This document shows, piece by piece, positions 33,001-44,400 of a stretch of DNA of 64,000 bases. Each line of letters opens with the position of its first letter. Positions within the stretch are counted from its first letter, which is position 1. The stretch spans positions 288,001 through 352,000 of the forward strand of contig CAVPOM010000012.1 in NCBI GenBank assembly GCA_963707025.1, written 5' to 3'. The notes beneath the pieces are model-generated. The model was given only the letters and a program-made list of their open reading frames with translations. It had not been told where the DNA came from and did no database searches. The DNA comes from an uncultured Verrucomicrobiae bacterium. Its GTDB lineage: Bacteria; Verrucomicrobiota; Verrucomicrobiia; Limisphaerales; Palsa-1400. Made by a program: the position numbers and the translations under genes.

Positions 33001-34529
33001 AGACCGAGAGGTTGAGCACCAACAGGGTCGTGTTCGTTTGTCCGGCAATGGGGGTAAACGTCACCCCGAGATTCGAGCTGACCATCCACTGATAGCTGAT
33101 CGGTTGGGGGCCGATGAAGGAAGCGCCGAAGCTGCTGCTGGTGCCCGTCAAGGCTGGCAGCCGAGGCGGGGTAAGTATCTTGCACCACCACCGGGACGGT
33201 TGGCGCCAGGATGTTGACCGTCAGCGGCGCAGTGGTGACGTTGACGGGGAGGCCGTTGTTGGCGGTGGTCAATACCACTTGATATTCGTAGGGCTTCACC
33301 GACAAACTGTTGGCAACCACGGCATAGGTTGCATTCGTCGCGTCGCTAATGGAAGTCCACGTTGCGCCCGCGCTGCCATTGTCGGTTTGCCATTGAATAG
33401 TGGGCGCGTTCGACCCATAGGGAGCCACGCTGAGCGTGGCCGTGTTCCCCTGATAAACATTGGGGCTGTTGGGCGTGATGACGGGAACCGCCGGCACCAG
33501 CAGGAAACAATTCTCGTTGCAATTCCCGCCTGTGACGGTGAACCGCAGTGTCTCTTGATCGCCGCCGGCCGCCCACACGACGAGATTGCCGTTGGTATCT
33601 TTGGCCGGACACCATGTATAGGTTTGCCAGCCAAGACCGGCGACCGAGAACGCGCCCATGTGGTTGGTGGTCTGTGTAGTGGTGCCATAGCCGGAGGTCA
33701 CCATGCCGATGGTGCAGGCGTTGGCCTGAGCGCCATTGCCGCCGGAACCCCGCAGATAAATGTTGTAAGCGCCCGCCGGGTAGTGCCGCGTATAATTCCC
33801 CCAGTCACCCCCGTTGTTGAACCCAATATCGAAATCGGGGTAGCCGGTGCTGGCATATTGATACCGGGGCGTATCGCCCTCCCCCTCGGTTTCCAATGGA
33901 TTAGGGCGGTAGTTGGCGTTTCCTCCACTGTGGTTGTTGCAATCAATGCCGACGGTGGCGGCCAAGGTGCTGTAGGCATCAATATTGGGAAACGATCCCG
34001 GGGGCAGGTTGTCAAAGAACTGGCCGCCGCCCCAATCAAAATCCTCCGCTTCAAAGGTGAGGTAATCGGGATTGATTGTGTCAAAGTTCACGGTGCTGGT
34101 CGCCGTGCCGCCGGCGTCGGTTGCGGAGATCACCTCCTTGTAAACCGTGTCGCCCGCCAGTGCCATCGTGACCGTTTCGCCCGTGGTCGGGCCACTGACG
34201 GACAGGCCGGATGAGGGGGTGAGAAGGGTTGACGTGACGACCCCCGGCAAGGTGGTGGCGGTTAATTGGACGGTCAGGGCGGTCACGCCCGTCCCGGAAG
34301 AGACTTGAAAGGACAACTGGTTGGCGTCAGGTGGCACCGCGCCCTGAAACTGCACCGAGCCAACACCAAAGCCATTTAGATTATTGGGAGCATTAGGCAG
34401 CACGATTCCCGAGATGGAGGGTTGGGCTTGCGTCGCGTTGCCGCACAGCATAATGCCGGCCGCGGCCAAACCCGCCGCGAGTGACGTGAGAAACGTGACC
34501 CGCAGACTGCGTGACTTAATCTTTTTCAT
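30055..34529 (-). CDS. Giant secreted modular protein (~1490 aa): CBM-like + Ig-like repeats + two LamG-like domains + C-terminal domain; frameshifts ~33152 and ~30184
   Basis: Signal peptide, FEAEDFD CBM-like motif, YQW Ig motifs, WYYLAWTYDG/WHYLAWTWDG; the corrected C-terminus reads ...GPWTAVTTVSPYPVTPATAGPALFFRVNYGQ*. Confidence 0.75.
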
Positions 34530-34659
34530 TTGATTTCAGTTTCTATTTGGTGGTTTTTAGTTCGTTACAGTAATGCTCCAAAAAGACGAATGGCCGGCGC
34601 TCGCGGGCCTGGAGAAAGTGTTCATGCCAAAGTCTTGTCAAAACCGATGGCTCCGCACA

Positions 34660-34677
34660 ATCCCCGAAAGCGGGTAG
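34660..34677 (-). promoter_or_regulatory. Operator box 3 upstream of the giant protein gene
   Basis: Minus strand CTACCCGCTTTCGGGGAT followed by TGTGC. Confidence 0.7.
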
Positions 34678-34777
34678 GGCCGCCAGTTTTGCCGGATGGC
34701 GCCGGGTGCCGCAAAAGACGGGTGACAACGCGTCGGCGCCGGCGGGCGCGCCGTTTTTCTGGACGCAAATCGCGGCA

Positions 34778-34823
34778 CTCCCCGCTTTCGGGGATTGTAG
34801 GGTGGGATCGCCATTGCTAGGTT
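34778..34823 (+). promoter_or_regulatory. Operator box 4 plus promoter (TTGTAG-17-TAGGTT), probably leaderless
   Basis: CTCCCCGCTTTCGGGGAT overlaps the -35; extended -10 lies 6 nt before ATG 34830. Confidence 0.75.
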
Positions 34824-34829
34824 GTCAAC

Positions 34830-35750
34830 ATGAACACAGATACCGGCTCGAGAAGCGTCGGCGCCGCTTCCAGCACCATTCATCGGGCTGATGCCCGAGC
34901 GGGGCACAGCCAGAGCCGGAGGGCGGCCAGAGGCATGGCGTTCACCCTCATTGAATTGCTCGTGGTCATTGCCATCATCGCGATTTTGGCTGCGTTGTTG
35001 CTGCCGGCCTTGAGCAAGGCCAAAGAGCAGGCCCAGGGAGCCAAGTGCCTCAACAATTTACATCAGTTGACCACGGCATGGGTCATGTACAACGGTGACA
35101 ACAGAGACTTTCTCATGGTCAACGGGGACGAAAATTTTGAGCCCACGATTTTGAATCTGGCGCAGAATCCCCAGTGGTGTCCCGGCCGTGAGGACGAATT
35201 GGGGGAGAGCAGCACCTCGTTCATCAAGGCGGGGCTGCTCTATCCGTATATGCAAAATGTCGCCAGCTATGTATGTCCCGCCGATTACACCCATGTCCTG
35301 AATAATTGGGTTGAAACCAGCACGCCCAAAACCCGCAGCGTGTCCATGAATGGATGGATCAGCCCGGCGCCCCCAAGCGTTCAGGACCTGGGACCCACCA
35401 ACGGATGTCTCATCTACCACAAGTCAGGTGATTTGGGCGTTCCCGGCGCGTCCAGGCTTTGGCTGATCATGGATGAAAACCCTTGGAGCATTAACGACGC
35501 TTTCGTGGTCATCAACCCGCACGACACGACCTGGGTGGATTATCCCGCCTCTTATCACAATCACGCCAACGGCATTTCCTTTTGCGACGGCCATGCCGAA
35601 ATTCATAAGTGGAACGATCCCTTGGTTTACAACCTCAATCTAACGGAAGTTCAGGCTCAGCGGCAAGGCGGCGCGGCGCCAACCCCGGCCAATACCTCCG
35701 ACCTCCACTGGCTCGAATCCGTCAGCACCTATTGGGACGGCGCCCCCTGA
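34830..35750 (+). CDS. Prepilin-type N-terminal + H-X9-DG (DUF1559-type) protein
   Basis: [36 protein letters not shown]. Confidence 0.9.
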   Translation: MNTDTGSRSVGAASSTIHRADARAGHSQSRRAARGMAFTLIELLVVIAIIAILAALLLPALSKAKEQAQGAKCLNNLHQLTTAWVMYNGDNRDFLMVNGDENFEPTILNLAQNPQWCPGREDELGESSTSFIKAGLLYPYMQNVASYVCPADYTHVLNNWVETSTPKTRSVSMNGWISPAPPSVQDLGPTNGCLIYHKSGDLGVPGASRLWLIMDENPWSINDAFVVINPHDTTWVDYPASYHNHANGISFCDGHAEIHKWNDPLVYNLNLTEVQAQRQGGAAPTPANTSDLHWLESVSTYWDGAP

Positions 35751-35763
35751 TCCCTTTGCCATT

Positions 35764-37167
35764 CTATGGCTCGGGCGGAAGAGGGGTCACGGTCATGTAA
35801 TCCACGTCCACGCCGTTATGGCCACCCGTGAACATCACCACATTTGTTCTTCCCGGTTCCAGCGGAACAGTCAGAGATGAACGGCCAGTAAAGTTGCTCC
35901 ACCCCCCGGTGGAAAGAGTGTTGACGAACGAATAATCCGCGCCGTTGACGCTTAGCCGCAGCTTTGCGTTGTCGAGCGCGGCAAAATGTATATCTATGGT
36001 CGCCTGGCCTCCGCTGGGCCCGCCGTCCACTGCGTCAAACCGCACAAAGGAAGCGGCCACATCCAAATCATGCACACACTCGCCACCCCAGGCTGCGCTG
36101 TTGGTCACCTTGCTGGCGCCATCGCCGGCCGTGGCCTTGGCGATGGCATATTTGACCGCCTTTGGATTTGGGGCCGGCGCCTTGCCCACCGATGGCACAC
36201 CGTTGGTGGTTTGCACCACCTTCAGGATTTCTCCATTCGTATCGAAGTTCAATAGATCCACACAGATGGATCTTATGGTGCCACGGTGCGATATGGAACA
36301 GTTATGATAAAATGCATACCATTGGCCTTTGTATTCCACCACCGATCCGTGACTGGTGTCGCAATCGGTCGGATCCAAATAGATTCCCTTGGACGTTCAA
36401 GGCCCCAGCGGGTTGGAACTCGTGGCGTATCTCAACCGGTTGTGCCCGCGATAATTGTCAGCGTAAGTCAAATAGTACACCCCGTTGCGCTTGAACACCC
36501 GGGTCGCCTCATGGAAATCCTCCAAACCCGTGACGGGCTGCGCCGCTCCATCAATCTCAATCATGTTGGTTTGTAGCTTTGCTTCGGCACATTTCGAGCC
36601 GCCGCCATAGTACAGATAAGCCTGTCCATCCGTATCCACGAACACGGACGGATCAATCATCGAGGAGCCGCCAATCCCCGGAATGTACCCCGCGTTGGTG
36701 AAACCTCCGGCAGGCTTGGCGCTTGTGGCAATCCCGATTTTCCAAGTGTTGTTCCAATTCGAGCCGCTGGGATGGGGGAAATAGAAATAGTATGTTCCAT
36801 TCTTATAGACGCAGTCGGGCGCCCACATAAATCCCCCTTGCGGTCTCCCCCAGGGGACCTGGCTCGCCCGCAGAATCTCCCCTTCGTCCCTCCAATTGAC
36901 CATGTTGTCGGTGGAAAAGACATGATATCGGTCCATCAGATCGCAACCCCGGGGCGGGTCAATATCGCGGGACGGATAAACGTAAAGCCGGCCATCCGAC
37001 CACACATGAGCGGAGGGATCCGCCGTGTAAATGCTCGTGATGAAAGGATTCCCCGCCAGACAGGCCTGGGAGATTGCCAGGCACACGGCAATGGAAAATG
37101 CGGCTAAAGAAAGCCTTTTCGCCAATGCGGCCGAAAGATTGCTGCGATTTTTGAATGTATTGGTCAT
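35764..37167 (-). pseudogene. GH43 glycosidase + CBM6/35-like domain, interrupted by an in-frame TGA at 36397-36399
   Basis: TADPSAHV, WAPD, IDPSVFVD; PLGP*TSKGIYLDP, with both ORFs in the same frame. Confidence 0.8.
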
Positions 37168-37201
37168 GCCTTGAATCTTACCGCAACCATTCTCTTTCGA
37201 C

Positions 37202-37219
37202 ATCCCCGAAATAGGGGGG
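37202..37219 (-). promoter_or_regulatory. Operator box 5, followed by promoter ATGTCG-17-TAAGAT ending 7 nt before the GH43 ATG
   Basis: Minus strand CCCCCCTATTTCGGGGAT. Confidence 0.65.
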
Positions 37220-37276
37220 GCTCATTTCAGCTTTCTGGGTCGTGAGCCACAGAACCAGCAGACCGGGGTGGAACAA

Positions 37277-37501
37277 AATGTAACGGGTTGTAACGGCAAT
37301 GTAACGGGCGGGCAAAATATAAACCCTTGATAATCAACGCATGTAACGGTGTAACGGGTGTAACCGGCAAAACACTGCCACTCACATAAAAACTGGCCCG
37401 GAGCCAGAATTTGTAACCAAATGTCACGGGTTGTAACGGCAATGTAACGGGTCCAATAAACGTAAGTCCATGATAATCAACAACTGTAACGGTGTAACGG
37501 G
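37277..37501 (+). repeat. Two 82-bp units of (TGTAACGG)3 - dif-like core - (TGTAACGG)2
   Basis: Units at 37277-37358 and 37420-37501, period 143 bp. Confidence 0.8.
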
Positions 37502-37558
37502 TCCAGCGCACCTCTGCCCCCTTTGCCCAGCGTGGCCTGCCCAAAGCGTCATGACCCT

Positions 37559-37576
37559 GTCCCCGCTTTCGGGGAT
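37559..37576 (+). promoter_or_regulatory. Operator box 6, followed by TGGACT-17-CAGGTT
   Basis: GTCCCCGCTTTCGGGGAT upstream of the 37729 gene. Confidence 0.75.
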
Positions 37577-37728
37577 GGACTCTAGGCCCTCACGCAGGCA
37601 GGTTCATTCATTCCATCACAGCATGATCCAAAGAGCGCCAGGAGGTTTGTCTGGTCCTTCGTCAGCCGTGAGTATGCGCATCATGGCGACGCCATGACCG
37701 TGTCTTGCGCGCTGACCTGTCCGATAAG

Positions 37729-40700
37729 ATGAGAAAGCAGTTTCAGAATCCCCTCGTGTTCGCCTTCTGGTTCGGCTTTACCACCTTAAATGGCCACGAC
37801 AGCATGGCCGGGAATCTGCCTGCGGATGTTCTGGCGGAGTTGAATGCCTGCAACGTTACATGGCCATCCCCCAGCACCAATGGATCGCCCGGCTCCATGC
37901 CCATCGGCAATGGGGATATCACGGCCAATGTCTGGGTGGAAAACAACGGTGGTGATTTGATGATGTATCTGGGCAAGTCGGACAATTGGAGCGAAGCGAC
38001 GAGGCTGCTGAAGGTCGGCCGCTTGCGAACTCACTTCTCGCCCAACCCCTTCGCCACCAGCGCGCCTTTCAGCCAAACGCTCAACTTTTACAACGGGGAG
38101 ATTGATATTACCGCCGGACAAAGCGGCTCGCAGGTTTCCCTTCGCATATACATTGATGCCAATCAGCCCGTCGTCCGAATTCTGGCCTGCGGCCAGCAAG
38201 AATTCACGATGTCCTGCTCCAACGAAATCTGGCGCAGCTCCACGCAGCCGTTGAACAGCGGGGATTCAGACAGCTTTCGCGGGGTGACCGGCGCGCCGGC
38301 CACGCCGTCGGAAAGCGCGGACCACACCTTGACCTTGTTTGACCGGCTGGTTTGGTATCACCAAAATGCCAGCTCCTATTTTGGCGCGATTTTCCATGCG
38401 GAGAATTTGAACGGTTATGCCAGCGGCTATAGCGACCCGTGGACCAATCGCATCTTCGGCGCGACCATCCTGGCCACCAATTTTAGTGTGGTGAACAACC
38501 AGCAATTGCAGTCCGGCCCGGGCACCAACTTCATGGTCTCTGTTTATCCCTATACCAGCCAGACCAGCCTGGAAAGCACCTGGCAGACGCAGATGAACAA
38601 CCAAATCGCGCAAGTGAATGCCGTGACCGAGCCGGCCGCCAGGACCAATCATTATGCCTGGTGGGATGGGTTTTGGAACCGAAGCTGGATTTTTGTCAGT
38701 GGCGATGCCAACGCCACCAATGTCACTCGCGGTTATCTGGAGCATCGCTTCGTGGAAGCCTGCCAGGGCCGGGGCCAATACCCGATTAAATTCAACGGCG
38801 GCACCTTTACCTTTGATTACAATGGACAGAACGGCGACTTTCGGGCCTGGGGTCCGGGGTACTGGAACCAGAACACGCGTCTGTTGTACTGGCCCATGCT
38901 GGCCTCGGGCGATTTCGACATGATGATGCCCTTCTTCAACATCTACACCAACATGTTGCCGTTGCAAACTGCGGCGACGGCCAGATACTACGGGCATGGC
39001 GGCGCATTCTTTCCGGAAACCTTCAATATTTTCGGGTTATATTACGCCGACGACTGGGGATGGAACAACACCGCCGGCACGACCTGCGGCGACACCTATA
39101 TCACATATCATTACCAGGGCGGGTTGGAAACGCTGGCCATGATGCTCGCCTACTACGATTACACGCAAGACAGTTCGTTTGCCAGCAACTACATTGTGCC
39201 GATGGGCACCCAGACCATCCGCTTTTTCAACCAGCATTGGCCGAAGGTGAACGGCAAGCTTTTCTTTTACCCGGCCAACGCCTGCGAAATGTACTGGGGT
39301 TGCACCAACTCCGCGGACTATATTTCGGGGTTGATGGCGGACATTATAAAACTGGTGGCGTTGCCAACCAATTTAACGACGCCGGCCTTGATCACCGAGT
39401 GGACCAATTGCTACGCCTCCCTTCCACCATTGCCGATGGAACCAACTGCCAGCTACGTGAAACCCGCGCAGACATACGGCACAGCCCATAATTCCGAGAA
39501 TCCGGAATGTTACTGCATATTCCCCTATCGCCTTTATGGTTTTGGCCTGCCTAACTTCAATGTCGGCCTGGCCACTTTCAACAACCGAACCGTGCAAAGC
39601 TATAAATATGACTGGAGCCAGGATGTAATCGAAGAGCCGTTGGTGGGATTGACCAGCGCCGCGCAAACGGACGTGATCAATAATTTTACGGATACCGCTT
39701 CCGGAACAAGGTTTCAGGCTTTCTGGGCATCCAGGAATGATTATCTGCCGTCCGAAGACACCGGCGGCGCGGCCATGAGCGGTTTGCAGTTCATGCTGAT
39801 GCAATGCGCCGGCAGTCAAATCCAACTTCTTCCATCGTGGCCGTCCGGATGGAATGTTGACTTCAAACTCAACGCTCCCGGCAACACCTCGGTCAGGCTG
39901 GTGGTGCAAGGTTCAACTATTGCGCAGTTGACCGTCACACCTTCCATCCGCACCAATGACCTGGTGGAACCTGTGCCGGCGGCGCCCACCGCGTTGACGG
40001 CGAATGGCGGCAACGGGAAGGCGGGCCTGATTTGGACGGGGTCCGCCGCGGCTGACAGCTACAACGTCAAGCGGGCGACCGTCAGCGGCGGACCCTATTC
40101 GATTATCGCCAGCGGCGTGACCAATTTGAGCTATATTGACAACGGGCTGGCCAACGGCACAGACTATTTTTATGTGGTTTCCGCTTCCGGCATGTGGGGC
40201 GAGAGTTCCAACTCCACTCCGGCGGCGGTCACCCCAGGACCCAATTTTGGGGTTCGTTTTGAAGGAGACCTGATTGTGAACCTGCAATCAACGGATTTGA
40301 GTGCCGGTTCCAATGTCTGGACCAATCGCACCAGCAATGGGCAGAGCGTGGGCAACTTCACCACTCTGGGCGGAGCCAACCTGAATGTGGCGGCGGTGTC
40401 GTGGAACGGGCAGACGGTCAACACCCTTTTTGTCCATTCTTCAGGCAACAATTCGGTGCAGTCGGCCTTGGCCAGCCCAAGCGAAATCGTCTCCAACTCC
40501 CCGGTATCGGTCGAGGCCTGGCTCCTGGCCCTCAGTGTCAGCCCCAAGCGGGCCATCGTCAATTATGGCTGGCAGGGAGGCCCGGGCGCGCCGGTGGAAG
40601 ACCGGGAATTCAGCTATGATACGGGCGGTTCGGGCGTCATTTCCGGTGACTTCGGCAACCTGGACACGGCGTGGGCGACGACCCCCAACACCAACCTCTG

Positions 40701-41451
40701 GCATTATGTGGCCTACACCTGGGATGGCAGCACCATCACCGCCTATCTGGACGGCCTGCGCAATGTGCAAAGAAATGTGGGCGCCATCTGCAAGACGGTG
40801 CCGACGTTCCTGCAGATTGGCTCAGGCATCGGGGGCACGGGCGTCAACGGGGGCAATGACGTGGCCGACGACTATATTGCCTGCGCGCGGGTGGAGAGCG
40901 GGGTCTTGACGGCCGGGGAAGTGGCGGCCAACTATGCCGTGGGACCGTTGGGGACGCCGGTCGCCAGCACCCCGGCGGGACTGGCGGCTGCGGCCGGGGA
41001 CAGCCGGGTGATTTTGTCTTGGAACCCGTCCGGCAATGCCACTAATTACAATGTCAAAAGTTCCACCAATTCCGGCGGGCCTTACAGCGTGGTGGTGTCG
41101 AACCTGGCGGCGTTGCATTTCACCAACACCGGCTTGGCCAACGGGAGAATGTATTATTTCGTGGTGTCCGCGACCAACTCGGCGGGGGAGAGCGCCAACT
41201 CCGCGCCAGTGGCGGCGCAACCAGTGTCCCTGACCTCGCCGCAGCTCAACTTTGTGGTCAGCGGCGGCCAAATCCAATTCAACTGGCCGCAAGACCATCT
41301 GAGTTGGAGGCTGCAAGGGCAATCCAACGGGCCGGGAGCCGGCCTGGGGACAAACTGGGTGACAGTATCCGGTTCGGCGGCGACGAATCAGATGACCATC
41401 CCGGTTAGCCCGGCAGGAGGCAGCGTCTTTTACCAGTTGGTTTACCCGTAG
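37729..41451 (+). CDS. Secreted DUF5703/GH95-like hydrolase + FN3 + LamG-like + FN3 + C-terminal domain
   Basis: SMPIGNGD, PIKFNGG, WNQNTRLLYWP, NSENPECY; YNVKR...YFYVVSA FN3; paralog of 17441..19777. Confidence 0.85.
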   Translation: MRKQFQNPLVFAFWFGFTTLNGHDSMAGNLPADVLAELNACNVTWPSPSTNGSPGSMPIGNGDITANVWVENNGGDLMMYLGKSDNWSEATRLLKVGRLRTHFSPNPFATSAPFSQTLNFYNGEIDITAGQSGSQVSLRIYIDANQPVVRILACGQQEFTMSCSNEIWRSSTQPLNSGDSDSFRGVTGAPATPSESADHTLTLFDRLVWYHQNASSYFGAIFHAENLNGYASGYSDPWTNRIFGATILATNFSVVNNQQLQSGPGTNFMVSVYPYTSQTSLESTWQTQMNNQIAQVNAVTEPAARTNHYAWWDGFWNRSWIFVSGDANATNVTRGYLEHRFVEACQGRGQYPIKFNGGTFTFDYNGQNGDFRAWGPGYWNQNTRLLYWPMLASGDFDMMMPFFNIYTNMLPLQTAATARYYGHGGAFFPETFNIFGLYYADDWGWNNTAGTTCGDTYITYHYQGGLETLAMMLAYYDYTQDSSFASNYIVPMGTQTIRFFNQHWPKVNGKLFFYPANACEMYWGCTNSADYISGLMADIIKLVALPTNLTTPALITEWTNCYASLPPLPMEPTASYVKPAQTYGTAHNSENPECYCIFPYRLYGFGLPNFNVGLATFNNRTVQSYKYDWSQDVIEEPLVGLTSAAQTDVINNFTDTASGTRFQAFWASRNDYLPSEDTGGAAMSGLQFMLMQCAGSQIQLLPSWPSGWNVDFKLNAPGNTSVRLVVQGSTIAQLTVTPSIRTNDLVEPVPAAPTALTANGGNGKAGLIWTGSAAADSYNVKRATVSGGPYSIIASGVTNLSYIDNGLANGTDYFYVVSASGMWGESSNSTPAAVTPGPNFGVRFEGDLIVNLQSTDLSAGSNVWTNRTSNGQSVGNFTTLGGANLNVAAVSWNGQTVNTLFVHSSGNNSVQSALASPSEIVSNSPVSVEAWLLALSVSPKRAIVNYGWQGGPGAPVEDREFSYDTGGSGVISGDFGNLDTAWATTPNTNLWHYVAYTWDGSTITAYLDGLRNVQRNVGAICKTVPTFLQIGSGIGGTGVNGGNDVADDYIACARVESGVLTAGEVAANYAVGPLGTPVASTPAGLAAAAGDSRVILSWNPSGNATNYNVKSSTNSGGPYSVVVSNLAALHFTNTGLANGRMYYFVVSATNSAGESANSAPVAAQPVSLTSPQLNFVVSGGQIQFNWPQDHLSWRLQGQSNGPGAGLGTNWVTVSGSAATNQMTIPVSPAGGSVFYQLVYP
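40251..41451 (+). repeat. 1.2-kb direct repeat, copy 1 (LamG-like + FN3 + CTD)
   Basis: Near-identical to 44342-45542 (offset 4091). Confidence 0.95.
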
Positions 41452-41458
41452 GAGAATT

Positions 41459-44400
41459 ATGGAAATTTCGCTTATGCGCAAATTGGGAAGGTGGTTAAGG
41501 GGAAGCTATCTGCCAGGGGTTGCAGTTTTGCTGATGGGTTTGGAAGTTCGGGCTTCTGCCGCTGGCGCCGTTACCCCTTTTACGAGCTACGAGGCGGAGG
41601 CGGGAACGCTTGGCGGAGGCGCCAGTGTCGTTTCGTTGACGTCTGCTCCAACCACGGAATACTCCAGCCCGCAACTCGAAGCGTCGGGTCATGCCTATGT
41701 TCAGCTCACCGGGCCGGGTCAATATGTGCAGTGGACCAATAATACCGGACAGGGTATCACCGCGATAAACGTCAGGTATTGCATTCCAGATGCGGCAACG
41801 GGTGGAGGAATCACCTCCACCATTGACTTGTACGTGGATGGGGTGTTTCGCCAGGCCTTTAGCGTCAATTCGCAGCAAAATTATTGTTATGAAGGCACCA
41901 ATTACAACGGCCAAACCGACAAGAATCCGGCCGATGGCGACCCGCGCGGCTTCTGGAATGACACGCACGCCTTCATCACCGGAACCGCCGTCGCTCCAGG
42001 CAGCGTCATCGGCCTCCAGAAGGATGCCGCGAACACGGCGACGTTTTACTACATAGACGTTGTTGACCTGGAAGCACCGCCGGCGGCATTGGCTCAGCCG
42101 GCCAATTCCCTTTCCATCCTCACCTACGGGGCGGTGTCGAACAACATTTCCGTGGATAACACGTCGGCCATCAACAATTGCTTCGCCGCCGCCAAATCCC
42201 AGGGGAAGATCGCCTATCTACCGCCGGGCACCTATTATTTTAGCGGCGTTAGCGGAGGACTCAACGCGACGGGGATCACCATCACGGGGGCCGGGCCGTG
42301 GTACAGCACCCTTTATCGCCTCACCCCCAGCGGCAACACGCAGGGCCTGGCCAATATCCTGACCACCGATTCATGCATGGTTTCAAACCTGTGCCTGGAT
42401 TGCGACGCCACCAGCCGGGCGAACAACAACAATAACGGCGCCGTTAACTCCTCCGGCACAAATTGGGTGGTGGACAACGTTCTGGATTCAACATGCGACT
42501 TCTTCCTTCTGGTGCGCGGGCGTCGGCGGCATCGCGAGGAATTGCCGGACTTTGAGCACCTGGGCGGACGGCGGCAACTTTAACAACGTGCAAAGCGCCA
42601 ACGGCATCGGCATGAATCTCATCTATTCCAACAACTTTGTCCGGGGCACGGGAGATGACGCCATGGCCGTCAATTCCGTCCATTACAATGTTTATGGCGC
42701 GACGACCAATTACTACACCATCATGAGCAACATCACTTTTGTCAATAATACCGCCATCGCTCCCTGGGGAGGCAAGTGCCTTGGGCTTTATGGCGGAATT
42801 AAGGTGGTGGCCGCAAATAATCTGCTCTGCGACACCCCGCGCTACATGGGTTTGGGCGTGTCGAGATTCGGTGTGAATGGATCGGATCTTCTATCGGCCA
42901 CGGTGACTGGCAACACCCTTTTAAGATGCGGGGGGAATGGCTACGACCAGCAGCAGCAGGCCCTGATGATCGGCAATGGCGGCGACGCCCAGGGCGTGGG
43001 GATTGTCGCCAACGCCTACGTTGGATCGAATTCGATTGTGGACGCCCTGTATGATGCCGTCGGCTTTTCGACCAGCTCAAACATTGTTTTTCAGCGCAAC
43101 ACGATCACCGATCCAGGCCTCGACGGGATGGCTGTGGGCGCCCCGGATTTGGGATCCGGCGTTATGGGAGCGGCCATCATCAACTCCAACACCGTGACTG
43201 GTTTGAATGCCGGAAACGTTGCGTTAACCAACAGCTCGATGCTCTACGCTGCTGTCATACCAACTGAAGCCGCGGGCTACAACAGTGCGGCGGGAGCGCC
43301 AACGGAGAATTGCGCCGAAGGCGGCCTGGATGTTGGTCCGGTCCAAAATGGCTCCTATGCAGCCTTCAACAATATCGTCCTGAACGGTGTCAATACTTTC
43401 GTGGCCAGGGTGGCAGGCTCCGGCGCAGGTGGCGGCATTCTGGTTTATCTCGACAATACCAATGGCACATTGATTGGGACCTGCGCGGTGCCGGCCACGG
43501 GCGGATGGCAGACCTGGACGAATGCTTATTGCAGTGTCAACGGAGCCAGCGGAACTCATAATGTCTATCTGGTCTTTTCCGGAGGCGGCGGAAATCTGTT
43601 CAGTTTGGAGTTTTTCGGCCTTTTTTCCGCCCCTCCAACCCTTTCCCATCAATTGGTTCCCGGCAATTCTTATTCCCTGAAATCGCTGGCCAACGGCGAA
43701 TACGTCACTGCAGCCAATGGCGGCGCCAGCGCGCTCATCGCCCAAAGCACGTCGGTTGGTACGCCGCAGGAGTTCACGGTCGTTGACGAGGGCGGCGGCC
43801 ATATCGCTTTTCAGGCCCGCGTCAATAGCGATTACGTATGCGCCGACAATGCCGGCGGCAGTCCTCTTATTGCCAATCGGACCGCGGTTGGCTCGTGGGA
43901 AACCTTTACAGAGTTTAATGCGGGCAACGGCAACATCGGCCTGCTGGCGATGGCCAATGACAGGTTTGTCAGCGCGCCCAACGGGGGCGCCAGTTCGCTC
44001 ATCGCCCAGAGCACAACCATCGGAGTCCAGGAATCCTTCACTCCGGGGTTGGTTTACCTTGTCCCGCCGCCGGCGCCGGGCGGCCTGACGGCCAGTCCGG
44101 GCAATGCAGAGGTGTTCCTAAGTTGGACGGCCCCGTCATCCGCCACCGGCTATAATGTCAAATGCTCCACCACCAATGGCGGGCCTTATAGCATCATTGG
44201 CACAAACCTGAACGCACTGAATTTCACCAACACCGGCCTGAGCAACGGCACAATTTATTACTTCGTCGTATCCGCCGTAAACACGGCGGGCGAAAGCACC
44301 AACTCAGCACAAGTGGCGGTCGCCCCCGAACTGAATTTGGCGGTTCGTTTTGAAGGAGACCTGATTGTGAACCTGCAATCAACGGATTTGAGTGCCGGTT

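Noticed and set aside
36397..36399. Alternative genetic code or selenocysteine
   Set aside because: TGA is a normal stop elsewhere in the window and the expected residue is Trp, not Cys
37277..37501. CRISPR array
   Set aside because: Repeats are ~8 nt with no regular unique spacers, and there are no cas genes
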